Source: Perkinsus chesapeaki ATCC PRA-425 (Eukaryota > Protista > Perkinsozoa). From it: a stretch of 64,000 nt of DNA. The DNA is taken from assembly GCA_013115145.1 (NCBI GenBank), contig JAAPAO010000028.1:1-64000 (forward strand). Direction: 5' to 3'. The notes beneath the pieces are model-generated. The model was not told the origin of the DNA. It did not search any database and saw nothing but the letters and a program-made list of their open reading frames with translations. Each line of letters starts with the position of its first letter. Positions within the stretch are counted from its first letter, which is position 1. Of this stretch, positions 24,696 through 36,229 are shown piece by piece. Both the position numbers and the translations under genes were made by a program.

Positions 24696-25836
24696 ATGGC
24701 ATCAATTACTAACACCGCGCCGATTGACGCAGCGTTCTACTGTAAGGTACTCCCACCGGGACTCCGGCAGCCTGCGTTGGTCAGGTAACGCACGTGGTTG
24801 CAACAGCATTCTCGTTAGCAAGGCGCTCGTTTACAACGGTCCATGTTTGCACTTACTCTGCAAAGCACACGGAGCCAAACTTTTTCGCGTGCCTGACAAA
24901 TGCCCCGTTTGTGGACAGGGCAATGCTCGGGTAAGTGAAGGCGATAGTGTCTTTAGTTTAGAAGGCTCAAAACCCGAATATTCTTAGGTCCGTATCGTAT
25001 CTATCCAAGGTGGGGCTCAGCCAAGAAAGCCTGTCGATGGTGCAGGCAACTTTCAATCGGTGAGGCGTGTGGTGTTAACGTGTTAACCTACGGCTCAGTC
25101 TGGCGTAATCGGTTTGAGCCCCAGTGAGATAATCGACGCCTGGCAAGGGTATTTGATTTTTCTCCTTCAACAGAAGGTCATCGGCGGGCAGAAGACAATG
25201 GTCAAGAAAAAGCGTGAGCTATTCTGCTCGGCTCGAAGTCCCACCTTTGCCTCTGCGCCAAATCCAGAAACGCAAGCTGTTTTTCCATTCTCGCCCGAAT
25301 AGTACTCTCTTTTGTAGTTGTTCAAGAGAAAGCCCAATCACTGAAGGCAAGATATCCTGAGGTGGTTCTACCTTTACCTCCTTGCCGTTTTGGTGGCTAC
25401 AAGATTTTTTATCAGCTTATCCTACATGGAGACCTTAAACAGCGATACGATGAGCTCGTGAAAACGTATATGGAAACTCGGACACAATACAGGGACACGC
25501 TGAGCAGGTGGCATGTTTTTTATCCAGTTATTATCAGAAGGACCCTTTTTTGAAATGTCAGGATTCAAACGGCCAAGAGGCAAGTCGCTCAAGCAAGGGA
25601 GGTGCAGGATGCTATGGAAGGTATCTGTCGCCAATCGGAGATAACAACTCGTGCCAGCACTACGCCAAAGGTATGTCGGTAGTGTTCACTAGTGGGTTAA
25701 GAACTTCATGGGTTTTAGACCATCCTTAGAGGAGCCTCATGTTTGGGAGAACTCACGGGTTTCCGGGCCGTATCAGGAGCACAAATATCAGTCACTGGGA
25801 AGCGACGGACACCATTTTAATGTTCTCTGTTTCTAA
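24696..25836 (+). CDS. HEI10: HEI10/CCNB1IP1-like RING E3 ligase with coiled coil (multi-exon)
   Basis: Spliced: MASITNTAPIDAAFYC|NARGCNSILVSKALVYNGPCLHLLCKAHGAKLFRVPDKCPVCGQ ... GVIGLSPSEIIDAW ... LKQRYDELVKTYMETRTQYRD. The RING with C.H..C..H and the GL.P..I motif are as in HEI10. Confidence 0.62.
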
Positions 25837-27508
25837 ACCAATCTCCACTTGTTGCGTTCACAGTTTTGGTTATAGTTAAGCAAATAGTGATTACCTCTTC
25901 CCTTGAACTTGATTCCATTTGATTCATTCGTCCGGCCCTTGTTAACTAGCACTTACGAGCAACTATATGATGCTACGAAAGTATGTCATGAATGTTAATT
26001 CAGACGTGTGACGCAGACGTATATGTCGCCTCCTCGATCAGCTGAGGCCCACGTCGGTTATACTTCAAGCAAACCGGCCATGATTTGAGTTGAGTGATAG
26101 CAAAGACCGCGATGGCATAGATTGGCACTCTACATTCAAGGTCTCGATTCGGTGGTTGATCAGCACTTCCTGTCTATTTCATGATTGTCGGTTCAACATC
26201 CGACGATGTCGGATGATGTTATAGCCTCTGATTATCAACCAGCGATATTACAGGTGTTACTCAAACTAGGCAACGAGTCAATACTGCCCTACCCCGTAAA
26301 GTATAAGCCGAGCCACAACAAATCATCGTCCATCTACTCCGTTACCAGTGCGGTGTTTGCTGGTAGAGAAGGGAGGAGGTCTGAATGAGGTGGCAAAGGC
26401 CGTGACGCCCGACAATCAGTTTTGTGGCGCGAAGTCTTTAGAGGAACTAAATGTTTCAATCCATTTTTCGCAAAGACTTCACAGTACGAAAGCATTCGCG
26501 CCGTGCGAGACGCTCCTGAGCCATTGGCGCAGAGCCTACGGTAGTCGACCACCTACCAAGTTTGTTTCGAATCCGAAATCAGTTTGGGCTGAGCTGCCTT
26601 GTGTACTGTCTATTCCGCCGTCAAAACAGTGCACGAAATACGCCGCGGAGAGTGCGCATCGGCATGGCAGCAAGAAAAACTGGCAGGCCAAGTGGAAATT
26701 TACAAGTGTACAACACTTCGTATTCAAGGTTTGACAGTGTACTCAAATCGGTAGGAATTCGAGGTCATATCTTTATATCAACCCACATCGCGATGGCGCT
26801 GGTCCCCTCTACCGAGCCCCTGCCGGTTCGCCCATGCGTGCTGTCGTCAGGTACCAGTTCTTCCTGAGTGTCATCTACTCGTGTGACGCGAGATACATGG
26901 GTCTATGATCTTCAAAGATGGCACCATGGACCAATCAGGTGACTTGATTCCATTCCGTTCATTCCGAGAGTAGATAGTTTTCCCCCGGAACTTGAAAGAC
27001 GCCGAACCAGCGCCTTGGTTCTTCCACAAAGACGCGTGATGGGGCCCACTCCTCAACAGTTATCAATTTCGAGGCCTCGGCAAAGGTTATAAATAATCGT
27101 ACTTATGCCTACTATGTTCGAGTGATACATGTTTCTATTGTCAAGAGAGCACGTTTCCGTGTGGTTTGCTCAATAGTTGAATCAAGTGTATTTACGGTGC
27201 TCACTACTAGCGCCTTGTCACAATTTTTCGGTTACTTTGTTCTTGGCAGTGCCACTGGTGCAGTAATAATCAGGGGAGCCATAAGACAATGAAGCCTGTA
27301 TAGCGATAGGGCCATTCAACAATTATCCGAATATCTTTACGCTCCTAGAAATCAGTTCTGTGACAGAAATTCTGTCTGACTCGCATAACATGTACTCGCC
27401 AAATAAGGTACTTATTAAATTTGTAGATCTTTGTAAATCTTCAACGTATCAGTTGACGAATCGGTGGCTGCTTATGGGGTGTTTTGAAGGCTTTCGAATA
27501 AAACGTGT

Positions 27509-28045
27509 TTGATGGTGAACGCCATCCATCTCACTATTACTACTATCAACTCCCTCGGGATTGTCCATTCGTATAATGCTGGAGGAGACGTGGCTGTCAC
27601 CAGCCAGGGGTGGGTTGTACCACCAAAATATTCATGCCAGGTGTTCACTATAGGAGTGAACAGATTTGTCTTGGAAGGAGCTACTCTACTCGACGATGGC
27701 AGCATTTTTGACGACGACTTCAGAAATAATATTACCGCAGCTAGTGAAATTACCGACTGCGCCAAGAAGTCCCGAGCGAGACCGTCTGTTGCTCTTTACA
27801 CGAAAGACTATCCCTTCGATAAGTGCACTCCTGAAGGCTTGAACTATACAGAGTTTCGAGATCAAGCTCAAGCTCTAGTGACCAATTACGGTGAGGAGGA
27901 GGTGCTATTCCGGATTTGGGCAGGAAACTTTCAAGAATCGTCTTGGCAAATGGCAAGGAATATCAGCAACGTTATTCGGCATCATCTGAGGACGACAAGT
28001 GGAAAGAGAGCTAGCGCTTCACTCGGGTGGGTATTGAATATTTAA
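27509..28045 (+). CDS. Intronless hypothetical, possibly secreted protein (178 aa)
   Basis: Stop-free 178 codons with a moderately hydrophobic N-terminus and N-X-S/T sites (NIT, NYT, NIS); no domain recognised. Confidence 0.4.
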   Translation: MMVNAIHLTITTINSLGIVHSYNAGGDVAVTSQGWVVPPKYSCQVFTIGVNRFVLEGATLLDDGSIFDDDFRNNITAASEITDCAKKSRARPSVALYTKDYPFDKCTPEGLNYTEFRDQAQALVTNYGEEEVLFRIWAGNFQESSWQMARNISNVIRHHLRTTSGKRASASLGWVLNI

Positions 28046-28739
28046 CCTCCGATATGCTCCATGCTATATGAGGTCTATGCAGCATCGATAGCAGCTATCG
28101 AGTCGGTGATCTCGAATGTTTTAGGTTTGCTGCGGAGCCAGTATATGCTCCATTGTGGGGTTACATCGAGAGGGCACACGTTGGTAACTACTTCGACAAC
28201 TTTCCGTCCATTTCGGCAGCCCAGGTCTATTCGATGCGCGTGATATTGGTATCTCCTTTACTAGAGGAATTATTGATCACCTCACCACTTTGGGGGTATC
28301 AAGATCCCAAGTACGGTTATCGGTAAGTGCATGTTGCAAGACGAGGGAGTTCCTTAAAGGGACTGTCCAAATCAGATAATGAGTCATCATATGCATCTTA
28401 GATTGAAACAAGCGGCTTCCTCCTGTCGACTTTAATGCCGATGGCATACAACAAGCTTATACGAAAGGGTGTTCCTTACTTTGGTGATGGACACTTCGAG
28501 GGTTCCGTGTACCATTCTCAAAAGCAAGTCCACGAGAAGGTGGAGCTGATTAAGGATGAGCGCTTGAAGGGCTTTTCTCTCAGTCATATTCTCTCTGACC
28601 TGCCATTCAATGATACTCGCTCGTTGCTGGATGCTGCATTGTATCACTCTTGAGATCTAATCCATCAAGGGTGATGATGCTTTTATAGAGAATACTGCTG
28701 GAGGCTCTTTTACGGCAAAGTGAAGAACTATCATCTCAT

Positions 28740-29345
28740 TAAGATCATCTTAATAAGATGTTCTGAAAGATGGTACCAGCGGAAGGACACACCGAATCTT
28801 ACATAGTTCATCATCATCTACAGGGGCCAGCCACCCACGGTCAATCTAACTGTCCAGTTCATCAAATAATGCTTGACGCTGGTCATCAGTGAGATGATTA
28901 GCGGAGTACTGCTCCGGACAGTAAATATAGTCCGGTGCCTGATAAGTTAACCACTTCCACCCAACCAACCATCTGAATGTACCATCAGGTTGTACCAGCC
29001 TCTTAGAGTAAAAGTCTGGGGCGTCGAGCAAAATGGTCCAATCCGGGTATTGGTAGACCATGCAGGATTCCAGCGCGTAGCTTGCAGTCGGGGTTGCACT
29101 TGTAACACCCGCCCCAGCTACTAAGGATCTACGAACATTTCCTTCGGCAGGGTATAACCTGGAAAGGACGACTAGAAATCGGCACCAACCAGAAGAGGCA
29201 AATTACTGGGCAGACACGGAACAACTAAGGCTTTAAAAGTCGGAGACATATGGTCTAAGGTAATGGTGACAACTCTACTGCCTATAGTATTGAGAAGTAG
29301 ACCGCTCATGGTGATCAAGCCTGAGAGGGTATCCTTTTCCATAGG
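28740..29345 (-). mobile_element. Degenerate LTR-retrotransposon pol fragment (protease C-terminus plus start of RT)
   Basis: ALVVPCLPSNLPLLVGADF (retropepsin C-terminal LLG.DF-like), then HLTDDQRQALFDELDS*IDRGWLAPV...CVLPLVP with an in-frame stop; parallels the element at 32.6-35.4 kb. Confidence 0.6.
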
Positions 29346-29351
29346 TAATCG

Positions 29352-30238
29352 AAGTGAGTGAGGATCATGTCGTACAGTGCAAGCTCGAAGAACGCCTATT
29401 TGTGTCGCCCTCATCCGTACAGTTGCAAGACATACAGTTTTGAGCCGTGCAGCTGCGTTTCTCAGTCATGTTTTTGCACTTCGTACAGTGCCATATCGTA
29501 CAGTATTAAATCGGCGCGCTTAGCGCGCCTACTGCCACCCGCCAGTTCACCTCCTAAATTGAAAACCCGAGCAATCACTCCTCAGACCTACATCACCGAT
29601 GATCGAACTTGGGACTCGCAGATGAAAGCGCAGGTTTTACCCCGCTAGACCATCCCCGACATACAAATAAGACGTCTTCGCCAGCGCTAGGTGAATTACG
29701 CCCTATCTCAAATTAGTCTTTGTAAGGTGCTGAAGCAGCACTGTTGCAGCCATAACAAGACTTCAATGAAGGCCAAAATGAGTTAATCATGTCACACACA
29801 CTATGCTTGGCTGCCTAGCCTAGGCATGTCACGTCACGTAACCAGCGTCATGGTTCAGCGATTATACTCCAGTAGTCATAGTTCTTAGCTGTCATGCTAA
29901 CGACTTCGGATCAAACCCTGGTGGGAGCAAGTGAAAGTGTTAGAGTCGTGTTAGTCAAGTTGCTAAACTGACGGACGTCCAGTGACCTGCTAGCTGGCTA
30001 GTTTGCTAGCTCATCCCCCGGTACTAGTCGGCCAGCCACTACCCCGTCCAGAAAAGTGCCAATTGTACGAAATTCCTCTGGGCAGCGACGTGTACGATGT
30101 AACACTGAACCAGTTGCAACTGCAGTGCAGTTACTGCACGGAATGAGACTGAACGAGCGGAAACTTTACGGTATGGCACTGTATCAGTTGTAACTGTACC
30201 TGATGAAGCTGTACGATATAATACTCATCCCCCGTATC
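29352..30238. mobile_element. Non-autonomous DNA-transposon-like element with imperfect terminal inverted repeats and subterminal CGTACAG repeats
   Basis: Left end tgaggatcatgtcgtacag versus reverse complement of right end tgagtattatatcgtacag. CGTACAG/TACAGT arrays at 29370-29505 face CTGTAC/TGTACG arrays at 30065-30220. No TSD identified. Confidence 0.5.
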
Positions 30239-30682
30239 TAGGGTTTCATAGGCGTCGGCGACGCCGCGTCGCCTATTAGGCGAGCGGGCGGCCAGGATGA
30301 TTCTTCTCGAATCATTCTTCTCAGTGTTTATTCATCTTGAAATTATCACGGCGGTCGCGCTTGTTGCAATAGGTGCGCTCAACTATTCCTCTTGATACCA
30401 TGTAGATCTATACGAAGCTATAATATGCGTTCTATTATAGGATTTAGTACTGATATATAGGTACTATATACTATACTGTGATACACTTGCAATTGTGAAC
30501 AAGGCTGTTGAGCTGCAAAGTAAGCTTAGAAGTTTTCCACCTCTGAAGGAAGAACTTCTTCCTTCAGAGGTGGAAAACTCCAACTGGAGTACAACGGCTG
30601 GACCATGACGGTGGTTATGTGTCACATTTGTGACTCACCAAATCATGAAAAAATAAAAATTGAACTTATTTTATGACAACAA

Positions 30683-30786
30683 TGGGCAAAAACGAGACAA
30701 CCGTGGACAAAGCAAAACAGCGGTGGGCAAAAAAGACATCAATGGACAAAGCAAGACAGCGGTGGACAAAAAAAGACATCAATGGA
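30683..30786. repeat. Degenerate ~40-bp tandem repeat, ~2.5 copies
   Basis: tggacaaagcaa(a/g)acagcggtgg(g/a)caaaaaagacatcaa repeated. Confidence 0.75.
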
Positions 30787-31417
30787 GAGAAAAGAACAAA
30801 TTGTTCCAGATGTCCTGCGCTGTCTCACGTGAATATAAAACTTTTATAATAAAAGTTGTAAATTCATGTCTCACCGTCTCGCGTGACTCTCATTTTCAAA
30901 ACTGCGATAGTTTGCTGCTCGCCTACTGTAGGTACTTGGTAACCCTTCGTACTACAGATTCGAACAAGTAGATGGAATTTCCAAAAACTTTCTGACACGA
31001 TGTTCAGATTCTGAACTTCAGAAGACTAGTATTACTTAGCCATAATGATGCGGCCACTTGGGATTCCCAAGTTAAGAATAGGACCGATAAGGGGTTAATT
31101 GCCAAGGAGTCCTTGACCTCTCACAAGGAACTATAGAATGTAACTTTTAGAACTCAACATCTGGGCATATTAACATTACTATCCTATCCGCCTGACAATC
31201 ATATCCGAGTTCTATTCGGCCGAATGAAATAACTATGAAATAAGAAAATAATGAAATACGAAAACTATGAAATAATGAAATAAGCTATCATAACTTCATT
31301 GCGACAAGATTGCCGACAACGGGCTGATATCGCCCCAGACCACCCTTGAGCAATTAGTAAGAGCAAAAAGAAGATACGCGAAGGGCCATGAATGGCACTA
31401 AGTTAGCGCCGCTATCA

Positions 31418-32278
31418 TTACAAATATCCTTCCGCGATGGGAACTTGCTGATGGAAACGACGGGCCGTTTCATTATTCAAATTTTCACCTTCATAAAGGA
31501 GAATAACACTATGGTACCATCCGTTAGCCCGTTCAAGAAAACGCACTTCCATGGAGACGGTGAGCTCCGAGGCATTAGTGGTCGATTCTTTCCAGCGCCA
31601 GTCTAGTGTGCTGAAATCTATCCGTGATCCTACAGCCAAACCCTCTTGGCGTATCCATGGGATCCCGAGGTCGGTTATACCGTTGCCCACTACGTATCCA
31701 GTAGCAACTGCCCAAAACCTCAAATAACCATCAGGTCCACCATAAAAAGTAGCATTCTCAAAGGTCTCCATCCCAGCTATGCCAGCGGGGTTGAAGTGCA
31801 ACTTGTAGCCATTAGCCTCAAAGAGTAAGTGAGCCCATCCCGTACATGTAACCCTAGCATCTCTGAGTGTACCGTTATCATACTTCAGAAGTTCGAAGCG
31901 AAGATCAAAGGTGCCATATCGATCGGGAAAATTCGTCTTCAGTAAAATGCCCGTTCCATTTACATTTTTACCAGCAACGTTATAGATGCATGTTTTTTCC
32001 CAGACCATAGGTAACTGTGAGGTTCCAGGCCCACCGTTACAACCTGGAGGGAAATCAGCAGTCACTTTAGGGTTTCCACTGGGACCAGTGGAAACTGGGT
32101 GTACTGGGTGTACTCGGACCAGGAGAGCACCGCAAATAATAAGACAGAAGGCCTTAGGGGACCTGATTAATGTGTTGATTTTCTGAGTATATGAGATGCC
32201 ACGATTAGCAGATTCTCCTGACTCTTGAACAAACCGGGTGCTAGCGGACTTTGTAGTGCCGCGATTAGCAGGAGGCAT
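31418..32278 (-). CDS. Intronless 286-aa putative membrane-anchored/secreted glycoprotein
   Basis: Long intact ORF; single hydrophobic stretch (AFCLIICGALLVRV) after a basic N-terminus; five N-X-S/T sequons (NGT, NGT, NAT, NAS, NET); no domain recognised. Confidence 0.6.
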   Translation of the reverse strand: MPPANRGTTKSASTRFVQESGESANRGISYTQKINTLIRSPKAFCLIICGALLVRVHPVHPVSTGPSGNPKVTADFPPGCNGGPGTSQLPMVWEKTCIYNVAGKNVNGTGILLKTNFPDRYGTFDLRFELLKYDNGTLRDARVTCTGWAHLLFEANGYKLHFNPAGIAGMETFENATFYGGPDGYLRFWAVATGYVVGNGITDLGIPWIRQEGLAVGSRIDFSTLDWRWKESTTNASELTVSMEVRFLERANGWYHSVILLYEGENLNNETARRFHQQVPIAEGYL

Positions 32279-32599
32279 GAGAGATCAACAGAGAGGTTAT
32301 TAATCTGCAGTTTCCGTGAGATAAGCTCATGATATGAGCTCATATGACTAAATCATGAAAATCCATACGTACTATACGCGAACTACTATGAGGCATTACC
32401 CGTGACGTTCATCATGGAGCCTCCACGCGCTCCGTGAGCCACGCTGTCTATTCAACCTGAGTCCGTTCATACCACAAGTAAGACTTGAAAGGGTGAAGTA
32501 GATATAAGAGATGAGTTGGGTTTCCGAGCTCAACTCTTTAATCTATTTTACCCAATTCACTTGCCTGGGTATCAACCTTCACCTATTGTGCTCGTCAAC

Positions 32600-35366
32600 C
32601 TACAACCGGCAGCTACTCGCTATGGTCGAAGCTCCATCACGGTTCAGAATTCCCCAGCTCCCTATCAGTCACTGATAGGGAGCTGGGGAATTCTGATAGC
32701 CCTCAACTGTTGCAGTAGCTCTTCCGCCAGCAGGAAAACATGTTATGATAGGTACAGTAGTATCTTGACGGACTTCTGTCAGAGGGACCTGAACCCAATG
32801 CCCAGACTCACAGAATCCATCAATAGCCATATCATAGTCATGTTGTTGTTTGTTATTCATTGTGCGCCGCTCGCTCCCTTGTACATGCGTGCACAGCTAA
32901 ATCCCCCTGCGAATGTAAGCTGAATAAGGAGAAGCCTCTGTAGACTCCCTTCTCGCCTTGTGTTCGTCCATATGAACGAGGAACAAGCAACATTGTTGCA
33001 GCGACAGCTTATCATAAATAGCTTTACCAAAGTCATAGGGTTTTCTGGTCTTCCCAGAATCGACTGAGGAAGACGCCGATCCTTCATTACCTTTGATGGT
33101 ATTGTCAACTGCTACCTCAAGGCAGAATTGTTGACCAGGGTCATCCCTAGACTCACCAGCAGCCAATTCCCTGCAACGGAGCAGGAAGCCTTTGGCGTTC
33201 CGCAGTTCGGTCCATTCGCTGTTGAGCTAGGCTCGGATGGCTAAATGATTTAGCCTAAATCAATAGCACAAATATCCCAATCCCTGGTTTCCGATAAGTC
33301 CTTTAATGCCGCTGAAGTAGCATGGTTAAGGAGAACAGAAACACCCTGGGGCAGTTCAGATATAACACCACAAGTAACAGGCACATAACCATTACCAAGG
33401 CGAACCTCCAAGTGGGTCGCCTGATCTAAAGAAAGCCGTTCACCACCTATTCCCTTAAACTCGATCTCCTTGATCGGGAGAAGGGGAATATCATACTTTG
33501 TCACAAAAGCAGAGCCAACCAAATTGAGCTGAGAACCCGAGTCAAATAGTATTGAGGCTGGCAGTAGGCTTCCATTCGGGTTACACCTAATAGAACCATC
33601 CGTGCGCTTAGTATGACTACATACTACTTCCCGTGAAACGTCAGGTTGAGGACGACCAATAGTTGTAGCAGCAGCCGCAGTAGGAGTAGCATCATGTAAA
33701 TGATCATCAGTTGATTCCGTACTGCTCAGTGTTGGTTTACCCTTTGAATCTAACGCCAACTTAGCCGCTGGTTGCCCCTGCAACCTAGCCGATCGGCGTG
33801 GGTCAAGAGTAGATTGCTGACCAGCTGTACTACGGTCATGAGAGAACTTACAATGATCGCCATACGAACATTGACCTGTGCTAGCGCAACTGGAAGCAAA
33901 TACCATCATTAGAAGACTTCGTCTCGGTCATACCCTTGGAAGACGGAGAAATAGGACTTCTGAAAGATGAACTGGACGAAGACGGCGTAGAAGAAGGTGA
34001 TGATTTACCACCTGAATCAAGGGCAGTATCCAATTTACCCTTGGATTCGTTACTAACGAATCCAACGAATCGTTAGAGCTCAGCCTACCCTTATTCCTGT
34101 GAGCGTGACCACTTTTGGGAGCGTAGGGGGTTGACCGATGACGTTGAGATGAACCGGCAGGACCACGGCCTAGGATTTCATCTAACGACTGGGGCTGATA
34201 AGCTTCCGTGAGTTAATCCAATACCGCAACAAACTCCACCCAAACGCAAAAGTGAGTCACAACAGATAGACAGAGTACAGTGTGTACCTACAGCAGCCCC
34301 CATCACCCCCTCTCCAATGTTGAAAGCCGGTATACTGCATGAAGGTAGAACGTGTTAGTATACAACATTGGAGAGGGGTGTGGGGGGGGCGCGCGTTGCT
34401 GAGTCATAATTTTGCGATTGACTGTCGTTGATATCCTTAGTAGCTGATAACTTAGGAAACAAGGACGTCCTTAGAGAGGCTCCTTTGTTACGAAAGAAAA
34501 TGCACTCGGATAAACACCCTAACAGAGTGTCGCGCCTGAGCTTCCAACCTGATTCAGATTCAAGAACAACATACTCCAATTGGAATGCACGATACTTTTC
34601 TCCCATTGGGAGACTCCCAATAGGAATTTACTCCATGAAAGGTCAGCAGGTTCGACATCAGTCCAATCACGGAGCAGCTGACTCGAGTCTTTGTGGATGT
34701 AGTCGTTTTCGATCTTGTTCACAACATTATTCCTTTTCTCATGGACCTCTGATAACCATAAACCAATAGCAGAAGCCAACATAGACTCCTGAGTGGTACT
34801 ACCTTCCTCAGGCGTTGCTATCGTGCTCCAAGCAGTAGTTACTACTGCTACTTATCTAATACTACTGAGTAGTATTAGATAAGTGCTCAAGACAACATTC
34901 TTGAACAATATAAGCCTGAGTATCAGGTAGAAGGTATGCCATAATGTAAAGCTGAAGAGGGGCCGATAACTTTGCTACCTCAATAACATTAAGCATTTTG
35001 CGCCATTCAGCCTAGGACCAACTTGGAAACTTGCTAAGTCGGACTTAGTAAGTCCCCAGTGGGGACTCCTCACGCCTTAGCAAAAGTCGCAGGATTGGGT
35101 TGAAGCAGACGACCATAAGGGCCATAAAAACTCAAACCCTGAGCGCTTCCATAAGTGCCGAAAGCACCCAAACCAACCATGATTTGGACTGCATATGAAG
35201 GGCTCTCCAGCCGGCGTAGAGCCTTTTCAGTTAGGATTTCGTTGCCCTTAGCCTTCACTAGACTTTGCTTCTCAGAGACCTCACTAATACTGGAGTTCAA
35301 AAACCGAAAACGGGAGTTCACGGACGGTGCACCATAATCGTTCAGTTCATTCCCGTCTCCAGACAT
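32600..35366 (-). mobile_element. Degenerate LTR retrotransposon: gag with CCCH zinc finger, aspartic protease, truncated RT
   Basis: Gag-like segments from 35366; frameshifted C-x8-C-x5-C-x3-H finger ICFQ(L)ASTGQCSYGDHCKFSH; protease ILFDSGSQLNLVG; then DYDMAIDGFCESGHWVQVP...TCFP. Contains stops and frameshifts; LTRs and PBS not identified. Confidence 0.75.
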
Positions 35367-35724
35367 TGACTAACCAAAACCACAATATAGTATATTGTGC
35401 TTCCACAAGATATCACAGCTCAGAACACAATTACACAATGCGTTGGATCATTCATCACATCAATCACATCCACCGACTGATTTCGTACACTAACGAAAAT
35501 TCTAAAAACTGATTTCTATTTTACATGTTGAATGGTAGGATCGAACCCGATATCCTTAGTTAGAGGAATGAGTTCGTGGCGCTCTACATACTCGACTACA
35601 ATTGAGTATGTACTTGTCAGTTCACCTAGTATGGATGAGTCACCCAGGGTGACGCAATGACAGCGACAATGTCACCGTGACACCCACCAAAGCTACTGGG
35701 TGCAGGCCAAGATAAGTGCTAGAA

Positions 35725-36162
35725 GTTTCCGAAATTGCGGAGCGAGCGAAGCGAGCGGAGCTTATATTGCAGTGCGCGGTCGTTCGTGTGCGTGCGTCCG
35801 TCCTCCGTCCATCCGTCCGTCCGTCCGTGAGCAGAAATTCCGGCTCAACCAGAGCGTTTTCCCTGACGAACGATATATCATTTTGCTTCGCATGTATTGG
35901 CGATCTCACTAAAGATATAGCGAACTTGAAATTCCAAGCCCGAACCCCTTAACTATCGAAAACATTTTCAAGCCGGTTCTGCGCATGAAACGGTTTTCAT
36001 TAGCTTAGTACGTTAAACACATGGGCTTTCACTCGAGTGACCAAGGTTCGATTCCCACATCAAACATTTCTCGTTTTTTCTTTGAAGCATTCATTGAGGC
36101 AGTCTCTATCAATATACAGTACAACACAAGCGAGCTCCGCCCTTTCGCACCGAAGATCTAGT
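35725..36162 (+). mobile_element. Helentron-associated (HINE/DINE-1-like) non-autonomous element
   Basis: 5' gcggagcgagcgaagcgagcggagct; (GTCC)n microsatellite at ~35796-35827; subterminal inverted pair gcggagct (35755-35762) / agctccgc (36133-36140); ends in ctagt (36158-36162). Confidence 0.5.
35993..36066 (+). pseudogene. Degenerate tRNA-Glu(TTC)-like sequence inside the HINE-like element
   Basis: A-box-like TAGCTTAG, anticodon loop CTTTCAC and T-loop GGTTCGATTCC at canonical spacing, but the stems pair poorly. Confidence 0.4.
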
Positions 36163-36229
36163 AAGGTGAGTAGCGATTTGGGTACTCCGAGTACCACCCG
36201 ATGGTCCGAGTAGTACGGCGTACTCGTAT

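Noticed and set aside
26000-27400. Several overlapping 60-130 aa ORFs on both strands
   Set aside because: No motifs or coherent exon structure; possibly decayed coding DNA but not supportable
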